Positions 7,990 to 16,346 of a stretch of 64,000 nucleotides of DNA are shown in pieces. Within the stretch, counting starts at the first letter, position 1, and the number at the start of each line of letters is the position of its first letter. The stretch spans positions 65,562-129,561 of the forward strand of contig DAOTMG010000003.1 of NCBI GenBank assembly GCA_035450185.1, written 5' to 3'. The position numbers and the translations under genes are program-made. The notes under the pieces were generated by a model, which saw nothing but the letters and a program-made list of their open reading frames with translations, ran no database searches and was not told the DNA's origin. This DNA is from Syntrophales bacterium (GTDB taxonomy: Bacteria > Desulfobacterota > Syntrophia > Syntrophales > UBA2192).

Positions 7990-8836
7990 GAAAGCCGTCG
8001 GGCTTTTCATGACGGTCGTTGTCCTGCTGGTCCTGGTTACCGTCGTGCTCATCGGGCGCGGCCAGGACTGGTTCAGGGAATACGTGACGTACTTCACGAC
8101 CTTCAAGGAAGGTTACAACCTGCAGGTCGGCGCGCCGGTGAAGCTCTTCAAGACGGATATCGGCAAGGTGAAAAGGATCACCCTTGTCGAGGACAAGGTC
8201 CGTGTGGAGCTGGCCATTCTTGCGGAATACGCCAGCCGGATCCGGAAGGATACCGTGGCCACTGTGGAAAGCCCCACGATCATCGGCTCGGAGTATGTGT
8301 CGATCCGACCGGGTTCGCCCAAGGAACCGGCCCTCCACCCGCGCGAGGAAATCAGGTCGGAATCCAAGAAAACCCTCGATGACATCCTGCAGGAATTCGA
8401 GGTCGAGAAGACGGCCAAGAAACTCATCGGTGCGCTCCAGGATCTCTCCCATATCATCGAAGAGCTTCAGGATCCCGCGGGGCCGCTCTTCTCGTCGCTT
8501 CGCGGCATCGATGAGGTGATGAAGGACGTGAAAGCCATCGTTGCCGGCATCGAAAACGGAGAGGGCACCATCGGTGGTCTCGTCAAATCCGACGAACTTC
8601 TCGAGAAGATCAATGACGCCATGGACAGGATCGATCAGATTCTCGCCAACGTGGAGAAGGGGAGCGAAGATGTCCCCGCAATCACGAAATCCACAAAACG
8701 CGGTATCCAGGAGACCCGGGACGCCCTGAGAGAGGTCGACCGGCTGGTGAGGGCAGCGCAGAAAAACGTGCTCATCCGCAGAGACATTCCGCCCGCGCCG
8801 GAGGGGAAAGACATGGACGCCGGGTTGAGGAGGTAA
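7964..8836 (+). CDS. mlaD: MlaD/MCE-domain periplasmic substrate-binding protein
   Basis: N-terminal TM (GLFMTVVVLLVLVTVVLIG), then an MCE fold pattern (GAPVKLFKTDIGKVKRITL..VRVELAI); C-terminal coiled coil. Confidence 0.8.
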   Translation: MELKFSRIEKAVGLFMTVVVLLVLVTVVLIGRGQDWFREYVTYFTTFKEGYNLQVGAPVKLFKTDIGKVKRITLVEDKVRVELAILAEYASRIRKDTVATVESPTIIGSEYVSIRPGSPKEPALHPREEIRSESKKTLDDILQEFEVEKTAKKLIGALQDLSHIIEELQDPAGPLFSSLRGIDEVMKDVKAIVAGIENGEGTIGGLVKSDELLEKINDAMDRIDQILANVEKGSEDVPAITKSTKRGIQETRDALREVDRLVRAAQKNVLIRRDIPPAPEGKDMDAGLRR

Positions 8837-8844
8837 GGCAGCCG

Positions 8845-9777
8845 ATGAAAATGAAATTACTTGCCGTGTTTCTTCTGACCCTTCCGGGGCTCGTGTCCTG
8901 TGGCGGTGGCGTCGTCAAGACGGCACCGCCGCATCTGGCCGCCGGCCGGGAGCAGATTGCGAGGGGGATGCCCTACTACCAGAAAGGTTGCTACAAGAGA
9001 GCCATCGAGTACTTCCTGAAGGCTCACGAACTGTGCACCTCTTATGATCAGCGCGAGTGTGTCGCTATGAGCCTCAACAACCTGGGGGCCGCCTACCGTG
9101 GAATCGAGGAGCCCGAAAGCGCTCTCATCCTCTTCCGGGAGTCCAATCGGGTTTATACCGGCGTCGGAAACGCCGCCGGGGCGAGACAGGCCCTCTGCAA
9201 CGAGGCCGCCGCGCTCATGGACACGGGCGATCTCGAAGGAGCCGAAAAAGCCCTGGACGAAGCCTCGAAGATGGGGGCCGGGATCGAGGGAAAACCTTTC
9301 ATACCCCTCATGAGCAACCGGGGGATCCTCCTCACGAAGAAGAAGGAATACGCGAAGGCGGAGGATGTCCTGAGGAACGCCCTGATTCAGGCGGATCCTG
9401 AAAATCCGGCGGACACGGCCGTCGTGAACGCGGCCCTCGGACATCTCATGCTGGACAGGGGCGACAACCGGCAGGCCGTCGGTTATTTCGAACGGGCCCT
9501 CGACGCGGACCGAAAGGCGGGTTTCCACAAGGGGATCGCCGACGATCTCCGTTATATCGGTGAGGCCTGTGAAAGGCTCGGCGAGGACCGCAGGGCCGTG
9601 CAAAACTGGCAGGAAGGCATCAAGATATACGCCCTGCTCGGCCTCGAGGATGAGGTGGACGACCTGCTGGAACGGCTCCGGACCGCGGCGGAAAGGACAT
9701 CCGTCAACATCGAGCTGACGGAATTTTTTGTCAACCACTGGCTGGAGGGGAGGGCGACGGAGGGCCTGTGCGACTGA
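8845..9777 (+). CDS. TPR-repeat lipoprotein
   Basis: Lipobox LPGLVSCGG; repeated TPR-like A..Y...G......A...F..AL units. Confidence 0.65.
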   Translation: MKMKLLAVFLLTLPGLVSCGGGVVKTAPPHLAAGREQIARGMPYYQKGCYKRAIEYFLKAHELCTSYDQRECVAMSLNNLGAAYRGIEEPESALILFRESNRVYTGVGNAAGARQALCNEAAALMDTGDLEGAEKALDEASKMGAGIEGKPFIPLMSNRGILLTKKKEYAKAEDVLRNALIQADPENPADTAVVNAALGHLMLDRGDNRQAVGYFERALDADRKAGFHKGIADDLRYIGEACERLGEDRRAVQNWQEGIKIYALLGLEDEVDDLLERLRTAAERTSVNIELTEFFVNHWLEGRATEGLCD

Positions 9778-9792
9778 ACCTTCCCGGAAGGC

Positions 9793-9881
9793 AATTTTGA
9801 GATTTGAGTGTCGAGTTTTGAATTCAAAAAAACGAAAATCGCCTGCCGAATTCATAACTCAAAATTCGCAACTCAAAACTC
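9793..9881. repeat. Inverted pair of AT-rich TTTTGAG/CTCAAAA 8-nt-periodic repeats
   Basis: Left arm aattttgagatttgagtgtcgagttttgaattc, right arm gaattcataactcaaaattcgcaactcaaaactc. The inner 13 nt (9813-9825 vs 9848-9860) are 12/13 complementary. Confidence 0.7.
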
Positions 9882-9890
9882 CGGATTTTT

Positions 9891-10784
9891 ATGTACGATG
9901 TTTTCGGTCTGGGCCAGTGCTCCCTCGACTACGTCGGCACCTTCGACGTCTACCCTGCCGCAGACTCCAAGCAGGAATTCCACGGGATGATCATCCAGGG
10001 TGGAGGCCCCGTGGCCACGGCCCTGGTGGCCCTTTCACGATGGGGCCTTCGATGCTGTTTCACCGGCGTCATCGGGGATGACGGCTTCGGAAACGCCATT
10101 CGTTCTTCCCTGGAGGAAGAGGAGGTGGATGTGGGCGGGCTCCTCGTCCGAAAGGGTGAATCTTCACAGTTTGCCTTCATCATCGCCGAACCGGCCACGG
10201 GGAGGCGGACCATCCTCTGGCGAAGGCCCACGGGCGGAGCGCTCGAACCGGACGAAGTGGATTCGGAGAGGCTGACGCGGTCAAAAATCCTTCACACCGA
10301 CGGCCTGTTCATCGAAGCGGCACTGCATGCCGCCGCTGTTGCGAGGCGGGCGGGACTGCGGGTGGTGGTCGACGCCGGGACCCTCCGCGAGGGAATGCTC
10401 GAGCTGGCATCGTTTGCCGACGCTTTCATCGCTTCGGAGACCTTCGCCCGGGCCCTCGCCGGCGATGACGATCCCCTCGAAATCTGCCGGAGGCTCGCTG
10501 CGCTGGGCCCTTCATTGACCGGTGTCACGCTGGGACCGGCGGGATATGTCGCGCTTCACGGGGAGAGAATCATTCAAAAGCCGGCCCATCGGGTGACCGT
10601 TCTCGATACGACGGGCTGCGGTGACGTCTTCCATGCCGGGGTGACCTACGGTCTCCTGCGGGGCTGGGACCCGGAGAAGAGCCTTGATCTGGCCAACTGG
10701 GCCGCCGCCGCCGTGAGCACGCGACCGGGCGGAAGAACCGGCATCCCGTCGCTTTCGGAGCTCCGCGCCCGGGGCTTTGCCTGA
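9891..10784 (+). CDS. PfkB-family carbohydrate kinase (ribokinase-like)
   Basis: GGGPVATALVAL..; C-terminal DTTGCGDVFHAG anion-hole/ATP motif typical of the PfkB family. Confidence 0.8.
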   Translation: MYDVFGLGQCSLDYVGTFDVYPAADSKQEFHGMIIQGGGPVATALVALSRWGLRCCFTGVIGDDGFGNAIRSSLEEEEVDVGGLLVRKGESSQFAFIIAEPATGRRTILWRRPTGGALEPDEVDSERLTRSKILHTDGLFIEAALHAAAVARRAGLRVVVDAGTLREGMLELASFADAFIASETFARALAGDDDPLEICRRLAALGPSLTGVTLGPAGYVALHGERIIQKPAHRVTVLDTTGCGDVFHAGVTYGLLRGWDPEKSLDLANWAAAAVSTRPGGRTGIPSLSELRARGFA

Positions 10785-10856
10785 CCGGTCAGGGGATCGT
10801 TACCGGCCCGGCGGACCGTATTTGTTCGAACCCGGTGACGGATTTCTTTAGGGTGC

Positions 10857-11357
10857 ATGGAAGAAGAAATAAAACTCGAGAGGGACTTCCGGGAGAGGAG
10901 TCGCTCACACATCGAGCATCGGGATCGTGAGGGAGAAAGGCCCAACGAGAAGAGCCTTCATCGAGGGGTCGGCGAACCCGTCCGTTACGGCGTCCCTGGC
11001 GGAATCAAAAAGTTCTACAGGGTGGAGCCCGAAGGGGAGCCCGCGGCGTCTTTCGACCGCATCGTCGCCGCTCCGGCGGGCTGAATGATGGGCGCACTGG
11101 CCATGGTGATGGCCGAAAAAAAGGTCGCGACACCGGAGGATCGCTATCGGGCGGGCATGGAAGGGGACATCGAAGCCGTCAACAACGTCCTCAAGATCAC
11201 AGGGATCCGGATGAAACGTCACCTCAGGGTGTCCCGGGACAAGGTTGCCGACGCGCGGAAGCCTTTCTCAATCTGCATCCGGCACTGCACGGCGGCGCAG
11301 AGCGTCATGAACTCCATCGAGATCAAGGACGAGCTCGTGATCGAGGAAAAGGCCTGA
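10857..11357 (+). CDS. OsmC/Ohr-family peroxiredoxin-like protein with in-frame TGA (candidate selenocysteine at 11082-11084)
   Basis: ORFs 10857..11084 and 11085..11357 share a frame and are separated only by TGA. OsmC-like similarity spans the junction: AAPAG-U-MMGALAMV aligns with E. coli OsmC AAHAA-C-FSMALSL, and the second Cys IRHCTAAQSV with AGCPVSQVL. A hairpin lies 17 nt downstream of the UGA. Confidence 0.65.
11099..11114 (+). promoter_or_regulatory. Candidate bacterial SECIS stem-loop
   Basis: GGCCAT-GGTG-ATGGCC perfect 6-bp stem with a G-rich apical loop 23-26 nt after the UGA. Confidence 0.4.
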
Positions 11358-11393
11358 GAGGACCCGGAAAAGGGGATGGGGATTTGAGAAGAG

Positions 11394-11416
11394 CGGGGCG
11401 GGCCCTGCCCTTTTTT
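11394..11416 (+). terminator. Intrinsic terminator after the OsmC-like gene
   Basis: GC-rich hairpin gggcgggccctgccc followed by TTTTTT. Confidence 0.5.
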
Positions 11417-11498
11417 ATTCATCCAGTTGCTTGAAACAAAAAATTTCTCAGGCATGCCTGTCTTTGTGGTATATTTTTCAAAAAGGGAGAACGTCCGC

Positions 11499-11711
11499 AT
11501 GCACAGGTACCTGCAGGTCTTCCTGATTCTCGGGGCGGCGGCCGTCATCGCCTACCTCTGGGGGTCCATTCCGCCTGAATCCCTGCGCGAGGGCTTGAGC
11601 GGGATCACCTCGGATGCACAATTCGCCCTCACGGTGAGACTGACCGGTTTTGTCGTCCTTCTGACGGTCGCCCTCTATTTCGCCGTCAGGAATATCCGGA
11701 AGGGCGGATGA
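11499..11711 (+). CDS. Small membrane protein (70 aa), unknown function
   Basis: MHRYLQVFLILGAAAVIAYLW.. and ..LTGFVVLLTVALYFAV give two predicted TM helices. GGGAGA SD 8 nt upstream of ATG 11499. Confidence 0.45.
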   Translation: MHRYLQVFLILGAAAVIAYLWGSIPPESLREGLSGITSDAQFALTVRLTGFVVLLTVALYFAVRNIRKGG

Positions 11712-11732
11712 GGTGCCGGGGGGAGGACAGCC

Positions 11733-12746
11733 GTGCTGAAGGAAGCCCTTCTGTACGATACGCTTGAAGAAAACCGGGTCTCCTGCCGTCTCTGCAGTCA
11801 CCGATGCCGGATCAGTGACGGGAAATTCGGAGTCTGCAGCGTCCGGGAAAACAGGGGCGGCACGCTCTACACCCATGTCTACGGTCGACTGATCGCGCAG
11901 AACCTGGACCCCATTGAGAAAAAACCCCTCTACCATTTCCTGCCGGGTTCCACGTCCTACTCCATCGCGACCATGGGGTGCAATTTCCGCTGTGACTTCT
12001 GCCAGAACTGGCAGATCTCCCAGGTCGCGGAGGCCGATCCCCTCGGTGTGCGGGGCCGGGATGTAAAACCCGAGGAGGTCGTCCGGCAGGCGAAGGCCGC
12101 CGGCTCGAAGAGCATTTCCTACACCTACACGGAGCCCACCATCTATTTCGAGTTCGCGTACGACTGCGCGAGGATCGCGAAGGCGGAGGGTCTCTACAAT
12201 GTTTTCGTCACCAACGGCTACATGACGCAAGAAATGCTCGGGATGATCCGTCCTTTTCTCGATGCCGCCAACGTGGACCTGAAATCCTTCCGCAATGATT
12301 TCTACAAACGGCTGTGCAAGGCCCGCCTTCAGCCCGTGCTGGACAATATCAAAACGATGAATGAGATGGGGGTCTGGATCGAGGTCACGACTCTCGTCGT
12401 CCCCGGACAGAACGACTCCGAGGCGGAACTGAAGGACATCGCGGCCTACCTCGCCTCCGTTGATGTCGGCATCCCATGGCACATCAGCCGGTTTCATCCG
12501 CAGTACAGGATGAACCATCTGGAGTCCACCCCCATGAAGATCCTCAACCGTGCCTACGAGATCGGAAGGGAGGCAGGCCTTCGCTACGTATACCTGGGCA
12601 ACGTCGCCGGGAAGCTGAACCACACTTACTGCTACCGCTGCGGCAATCTTCTCATCGAACGGGCCGGTTTCTCAGTGAGGAGGTATGAGGCGGAAGGCGG
12701 AAAATGCCCGAGGTGCGGGACGGTCCAGGCGGGGGTGGGACTATAG
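11733..12746 (+). CDS. AmmeMemoRadiSam-system-type radical SAM enzyme (PFL-activase-like)
   Basis: N-terminal CRLCSHRC..GVC Cys cluster, GCNFRCDFCQNW (CX3CX2C), C-terminal CYRCG..CPRCG. GTG start. No AMMECR1 or Memo partner in the window. Confidence 0.75.
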   Translation: MLKEALLYDTLEENRVSCRLCSHRCRISDGKFGVCSVRENRGGTLYTHVYGRLIAQNLDPIEKKPLYHFLPGSTSYSIATMGCNFRCDFCQNWQISQVAEADPLGVRGRDVKPEEVVRQAKAAGSKSISYTYTEPTIYFEFAYDCARIAKAEGLYNVFVTNGYMTQEMLGMIRPFLDAANVDLKSFRNDFYKRLCKARLQPVLDNIKTMNEMGVWIEVTTLVVPGQNDSEAELKDIAAYLASVDVGIPWHISRFHPQYRMNHLESTPMKILNRAYEIGREAGLRYVYLGNVAGKLNHTYCYRCGNLLIERAGFSVRRYEAEGGKCPRCGTVQAGVGL

Positions 12747-12794
12747 AAGACAGTGGAGAATGGATGGCGGTCCGTGGTGAGCAGGAGGGCGGCA

Positions 12795-12855
12795 AGAAGA
12801 TCAGAAGTTAAGAAGTTCAGAAGTTGAGAAGTTGAGAAGCAGAGAAGCAGAGAGA
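12795..12855. repeat. Tandem 8-nt repeats (NAGAAGTT)x~7
   Basis: aagaagat cagaagtt aagaagtt cagaagtt gagaagtt gagaagca gagaagca; located between convergent gene ends. Confidence 0.8.
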
Positions 12856-12895
12856 ATCCTTTATCACGGACGCCGCGCCTGAACCATGAAAGTTC

Positions 12896-13600
12896 TTATC
12901 CAAGGTCTTTCATGGCCGTCTTGAAGATCCGGAGGGCCTCTTCTTCGCTCACATCGGTCCAGCGCTCGTAGGCGTCCGCGACGGCGAAACTCCAGCCGCC
13001 CCGGACGTTGGCGCAATACAGGCGATCCACTTCAGCGGCCACGCGCCGGACGGCGCCTGCGCTTCCCGTCGGGACGGCGACGATGATCTCCCCCGTCCCG
13101 CTTTTCTTCAAAGCTTCCACCCCCACGAGCAGGGTGAACCCTGAGGCGAGGCCGTCATCGACCAGGATCACCCGCTCCCGGATGAGGGCCGGGTAGGACG
13201 GCTCGCCGCGGAATTTCTCGACACGGCGCTCCACCTTCCCGGTCGTGGCGGCTTTGCCCGCTTCGATCTCTTTTCCCGAAAGGCCGAGCCGGGACAGCAG
13301 ATCGCGATTCAGCCGGACCGTGCCGTCGAAGGCCACGGCGCCGTAGCCCGCTTCGGTGTTCCAGGGCAGGGTGATCTTGCTGACCACGGCCACGTCGAGC
13401 GGAAGGGAGAGTCTGCGGGCCAGGGAAGCGGCGACGGGAATTCCGCCTGCGGGTATCGCCATCACCAGTGTCCGGGACGCCCGGTAATCTTCGAGCATGC
13501 CGGCGAGGATCTCGCCGGCATGAGGCCGGTCGCGAAAGACATGGAGACGATCACGAAGCCCCGGAAGCTCGGTCACGTTTCCGGTCGTCCTGTTTTCCAT
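12896..13600 (-). CDS. Phosphoribosyltransferase-family protein
   Basis: VILVDDGLASGFT PRPP-binding motif; 234 aa, typical of the stand-alone predicted-PRTase family. Confidence 0.75.
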   Translation of the reverse strand: MENRTTGNVTELPGLRDRLHVFRDRPHAGEILAGMLEDYRASRTLVMAIPAGGIPVAASLARRLSLPLDVAVVSKITLPWNTEAGYGAVAFDGTVRLNRDLLSRLGLSGKEIEAGKAATTGKVERRVEKFRGEPSYPALIRERVILVDDGLASGFTLLVGVEALKKSGTGEIIVAVPTGSAGAVRRVAAEVDRLYCANVRGGWSFAVADAYERWTDVSEEEALRIFKTAMKDLG

Positions 13601-13678
13601 GGAGAAACCCCTTCTATCGCATCTTGCCTGAAAGGCCGTCGGTTGTTATTTTACCATGATCACAATGAAAAAAATGAA

Positions 13679-14548
13679 ATGAATATGACCGTGAAAAAAG
13701 GCAGCGGTGAATCTCCTCCGGGTACCGTCCGGATCCGCGAGGTGGAGTGCCGTTCCCTTCTGAACAAATCGGGCCTTGCCGACTATGCCGTGAACTGCTA
13801 CGCCGGATGCTCGCACGGTTGCCGCTACTGCTATGCCCGTTTCGCCACCCGATATTCCCACCCGGGCGAGTCCTGGGGTGATTTTGTCGACGTGAAGATA
13901 AACGCCCCGACGGTTCTCGAGAAGGAACTCAGGCGGAGACGTGCGGGACGGGTCTTCATGAGTTCCGTCTGTGACGGCTGGCAGCCCGCCGAGTCGGGGT
14001 ACGGCCTCTCCGGTCAATGCCTGGAAATGCTCATCCGCCGCGGGTTCCCCGTCACCATCCTGACGAAGAGCGGCCTCATCCTCCGCGATCTCGGGCTCCT
14101 TGCGGGGAAGCCGGACGTCGAACTGGGCGTGACGGTGACCGCGCTCAACGAGGATGTGAGGAAATACATCGAACCCGCGGGCGCCGCCACGGAAAGCCGC
14201 TTCCATGTCCTCGAAGAAGCCCGCCGCAGGGGGATCGAAACCTATGCCTTCGTCGGACCCCTGTTGCCCGGCCTGACGGACACGGAAGAGAACCTCTCGG
14301 GTCTCCTGAAAGCGATCCGTGAATCCGGTGTCGCCTATTTCTATCTGGATCGGTTAAACCCCCGTTTCGGTGTCTGGCCGGACGTCAAGGCACTCCTCGA
14401 AAGACACCACCCCCACCTGGTGGAGCATTGCCGCAGAATTCTTTTCAGTGCCGCCGACCGGGCCGCCTACACCGGGCGCCTGGTGTCGATGACAAGAAGG
14501 ATAGCGAGGAAGCAGGGGATCGAAGACCGGATGACCTTTTGTTTCTGA
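13679..14548 (+). CDS. Radical SAM protein, SplB/DNA-photolyase-like family
   Basis: NCYAGCSHGCRYCYA (CX3CX2C) close to the N-terminus; ~290 aa. The upstream part of ORF 13520.. overlaps the divergent promoter region. Confidence 0.7.
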   Translation: MNMTVKKGSGESPPGTVRIREVECRSLLNKSGLADYAVNCYAGCSHGCRYCYARFATRYSHPGESWGDFVDVKINAPTVLEKELRRRRAGRVFMSSVCDGWQPAESGYGLSGQCLEMLIRRGFPVTILTKSGLILRDLGLLAGKPDVELGVTVTALNEDVRKYIEPAGAATESRFHVLEEARRRGIETYAFVGPLLPGLTDTEENLSGLLKAIRESGVAYFYLDRLNPRFGVWPDVKALLERHHPHLVEHCRRILFSAADRAAYTGRLVSMTRRIARKQGIEDRMTFCF

Positions 14549-14577
14549 CAGGGGCCGCGGCGCCCGGCACGCAGCTT

Positions 14578-16182
14578 TCACCCCTTTTGCCCTTCGGGCA
14601 GACAGGCAAGGAGGGTCTCGAGGGAATCGGCTTCCTCCGGTCGTTTTTCCCGGATGCGGAGGATGCGGGGGAAGCGGACGGCCACACCCGATTTGCGGAG
14701 TCGCGAGCGTTGAATCCCCTCGAAGGTGATCTCGAAGACAAGTTCCGGTCTCACCGACCGCACGGGCCCGAACCCCTCGAGGGTGTTCCGACGGATGAAA
14801 GAGTCGACCTGCCGGATTTCGGCGTCGGTCAGGCCGGAACAAGCCTTCGTTACCGGAACAAGCGCGCCTTCGTTCCAGACCCCGAAGGTGTAATCGGTGA
14901 AGAGACCCGCCGGCCGGCCGTGACCGGGTTCCGCGTACATCAGGACCGCGTCGAAGGTGAGGGGGTTGACTTTCCACTTCCACCAGTCCCCCCGGTGTCT
15001 GCCAGACCGGTAGGGGGAATCCCTCCTTTTGAGCATGAGGCCCTCTGCATGATGTTCCCCGCTTTTTCCCCGTGCCGCCGCCAGTTCTTCCCATGAGCGG
15101 GTATCGAGGACCGGGGAGAGAAGAAGAGCCCCTTCCCGGGACCAGCCTGCCGCCAGGGTCTCGAGCTTGCGCCGTCGTTCCGAGAGTTTTTCTCCGCGCA
15201 GGTCCTTTCCGTCGCCTTCGAGAAGATCGAAGGCCATGAAGGCGGCGGGGAATTCGGCGATGATCTTTTTCCCCGGTTTCTTCCGCCCGATCCTCCGCTG
15301 AAGACTGCTGAAGGGCAGAATAACCCCCTTTGTGCCGGCAAGGATCTCGCCGTCGAGCACGATTCCCTCGGGGATCCCATCGGCTGCCTCTTCTATTTCC
15401 GGAAACGCGCCGGACATCAATTCCCCGGCCCGGGACCAGATGAAGGTCTTCCCGCCGCGCCGCAAAAGCTGGGCGCGAAGGCCGTCCCACTTCCATTCGG
15501 CCTGCCAGACCTCGATGGGACCCAGCCGCTCGGGCTCTCCCTCCAGGAGATAGGAGAGGAAGAAGGGGAAGGGCCGGCCCGGGTCATCGGCATCGTGAAG
15601 CGGTGAGAGGAGTTTGCTGTAGAAATCGGCCGTCGGGATCCAGGGTCCGGCAAGCCGGCCGGCGAGGACGGCGGCGTCGATTCCGCTCAATTCCGCGAGG
15701 ATGCGGACGAGCGTCATCGACGAGACGCCGATGCGAAAGGTCCCCGTGATGAGCTTGTTGAAGACGAAACGCTCCGTCTCATCGAGCGTTCCCCAGACCT
15801 GCAGGACGGCCCGGCGCTTGTCCTCCGCGGCGGCGTTCCGGAGAGGGAGGAGTCTTTCTTCAACCAGCGCGTGCAGGGGTATATCCTTCGTGACGGCAGC
15901 GGGCGGCAGGATGAGGGTGATCGTCTCGGCAAGATCGCCTGCCGCCTCGCAGGATTCGTCGAAAAGCCACCCGGGGATCCCCGCCGCCTCGCCGGCCCAG
16001 GCGCGAAGCTTCCGGGCCGGGATCAGGCCCTTGATCTTCCCGCCGTTCAGGAAGTGCAGGGCCCACGCGGCATCGGCCGGTTCGGCCTTCTCGAAATACC
16101 GTCTGAGGGCCGCGGCCCTTCCACTTGTCTTCGTCGTTCCGTCAAGCTCTTCGTATAACTGAGAGAAGTTTTTCATCGGCAA
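14578..16182 (-). CDS. ATP-dependent DNA ligase (ligase-associated DNA damage response type)
   Basis: 534 aa; adenylation-domain lysine motif AEWKWDGLR; OB-fold C-terminus; downstream of an MBL-fold exonuclease gene. Confidence 0.85.
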   Translation of the reverse strand: MPMKNFSQLYEELDGTTKTSGRAAALRRYFEKAEPADAAWALHFLNGGKIKGLIPARKLRAWAGEAAGIPGWLFDESCEAAGDLAETITLILPPAAVTKDIPLHALVEERLLPLRNAAAEDKRRAVLQVWGTLDETERFVFNKLITGTFRIGVSSMTLVRILAELSGIDAAVLAGRLAGPWIPTADFYSKLLSPLHDADDPGRPFPFFLSYLLEGEPERLGPIEVWQAEWKWDGLRAQLLRRGGKTFIWSRAGELMSGAFPEIEEAADGIPEGIVLDGEILAGTKGVILPFSSLQRRIGRKKPGKKIIAEFPAAFMAFDLLEGDGKDLRGEKLSERRRKLETLAAGWSREGALLLSPVLDTRSWEELAAARGKSGEHHAEGLMLKRRDSPYRSGRHRGDWWKWKVNPLTFDAVLMYAEPGHGRPAGLFTDYTFGVWNEGALVPVTKACSGLTDAEIRQVDSFIRRNTLEGFGPVRSVRPELVFEITFEGIQRSRLRKSGVAVRFPRILRIREKRPEEADSLETLLACLPEGQKG

Positions 16183-16230
16183 CGCAAGTGTGGAATTACG
16201 GCGAATGTGTTACGTCACAGAATCCCGTCT

Positions 16231-16259
16231 GTCAGGCATCAGGCTGAAGGCATAAGACC
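16231..16259. repeat. Heptamer repeats (NNNAGGC)x4
   Basis: gtcaggc atcaggc tgaaggc ataagac in the exonuclease-ligase intercistronic region. Confidence 0.6.
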
Positions 16260-16306
16260 TGAGGCCGTGAAGGCCGGGTCCATGATCATGGATTCTCTCT
16301 TTTTCC

Positions 16307-16340
16307 CAACTTCTGAACTTCTCAACCTCTTAACTTCTGG
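16307..16340. repeat. Tandem 8-nt repeats, reverse orientation of the 12795 array
   Basis: Reverse complement reads ccagaagtt aagaggtt gagaagtt cagaagtt. Confidence 0.7.
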
Positions 16341-16346
16341 TCTTAT

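Noticed and set aside
10824-10833. GTTCGAACC-type T-loop-like strings (also 37146-37156 and 50049-50058), checked for tRNA genes.
   Set aside because: No cloverleaf could be built around them, and two of the three lie inside well-supported coding regions.
10857-11084. Treating 10857..11084 and 11085..11357 as two independent small genes.
   Set aside because: They share a frame, are separated by a single TGA, and OsmC-fold similarity spans the junction with the TGA at the catalytic Cys position. Read-through as Sec is the more economical reading, though unproven.
12795-12855. Short tandem arrays (here and at 16307, 33503, 53677, 60511), considered as CRISPR.
   Set aside because: The period is 7-8 nt with no unique spacers and no cas genes, so these are simple tandem repeats.
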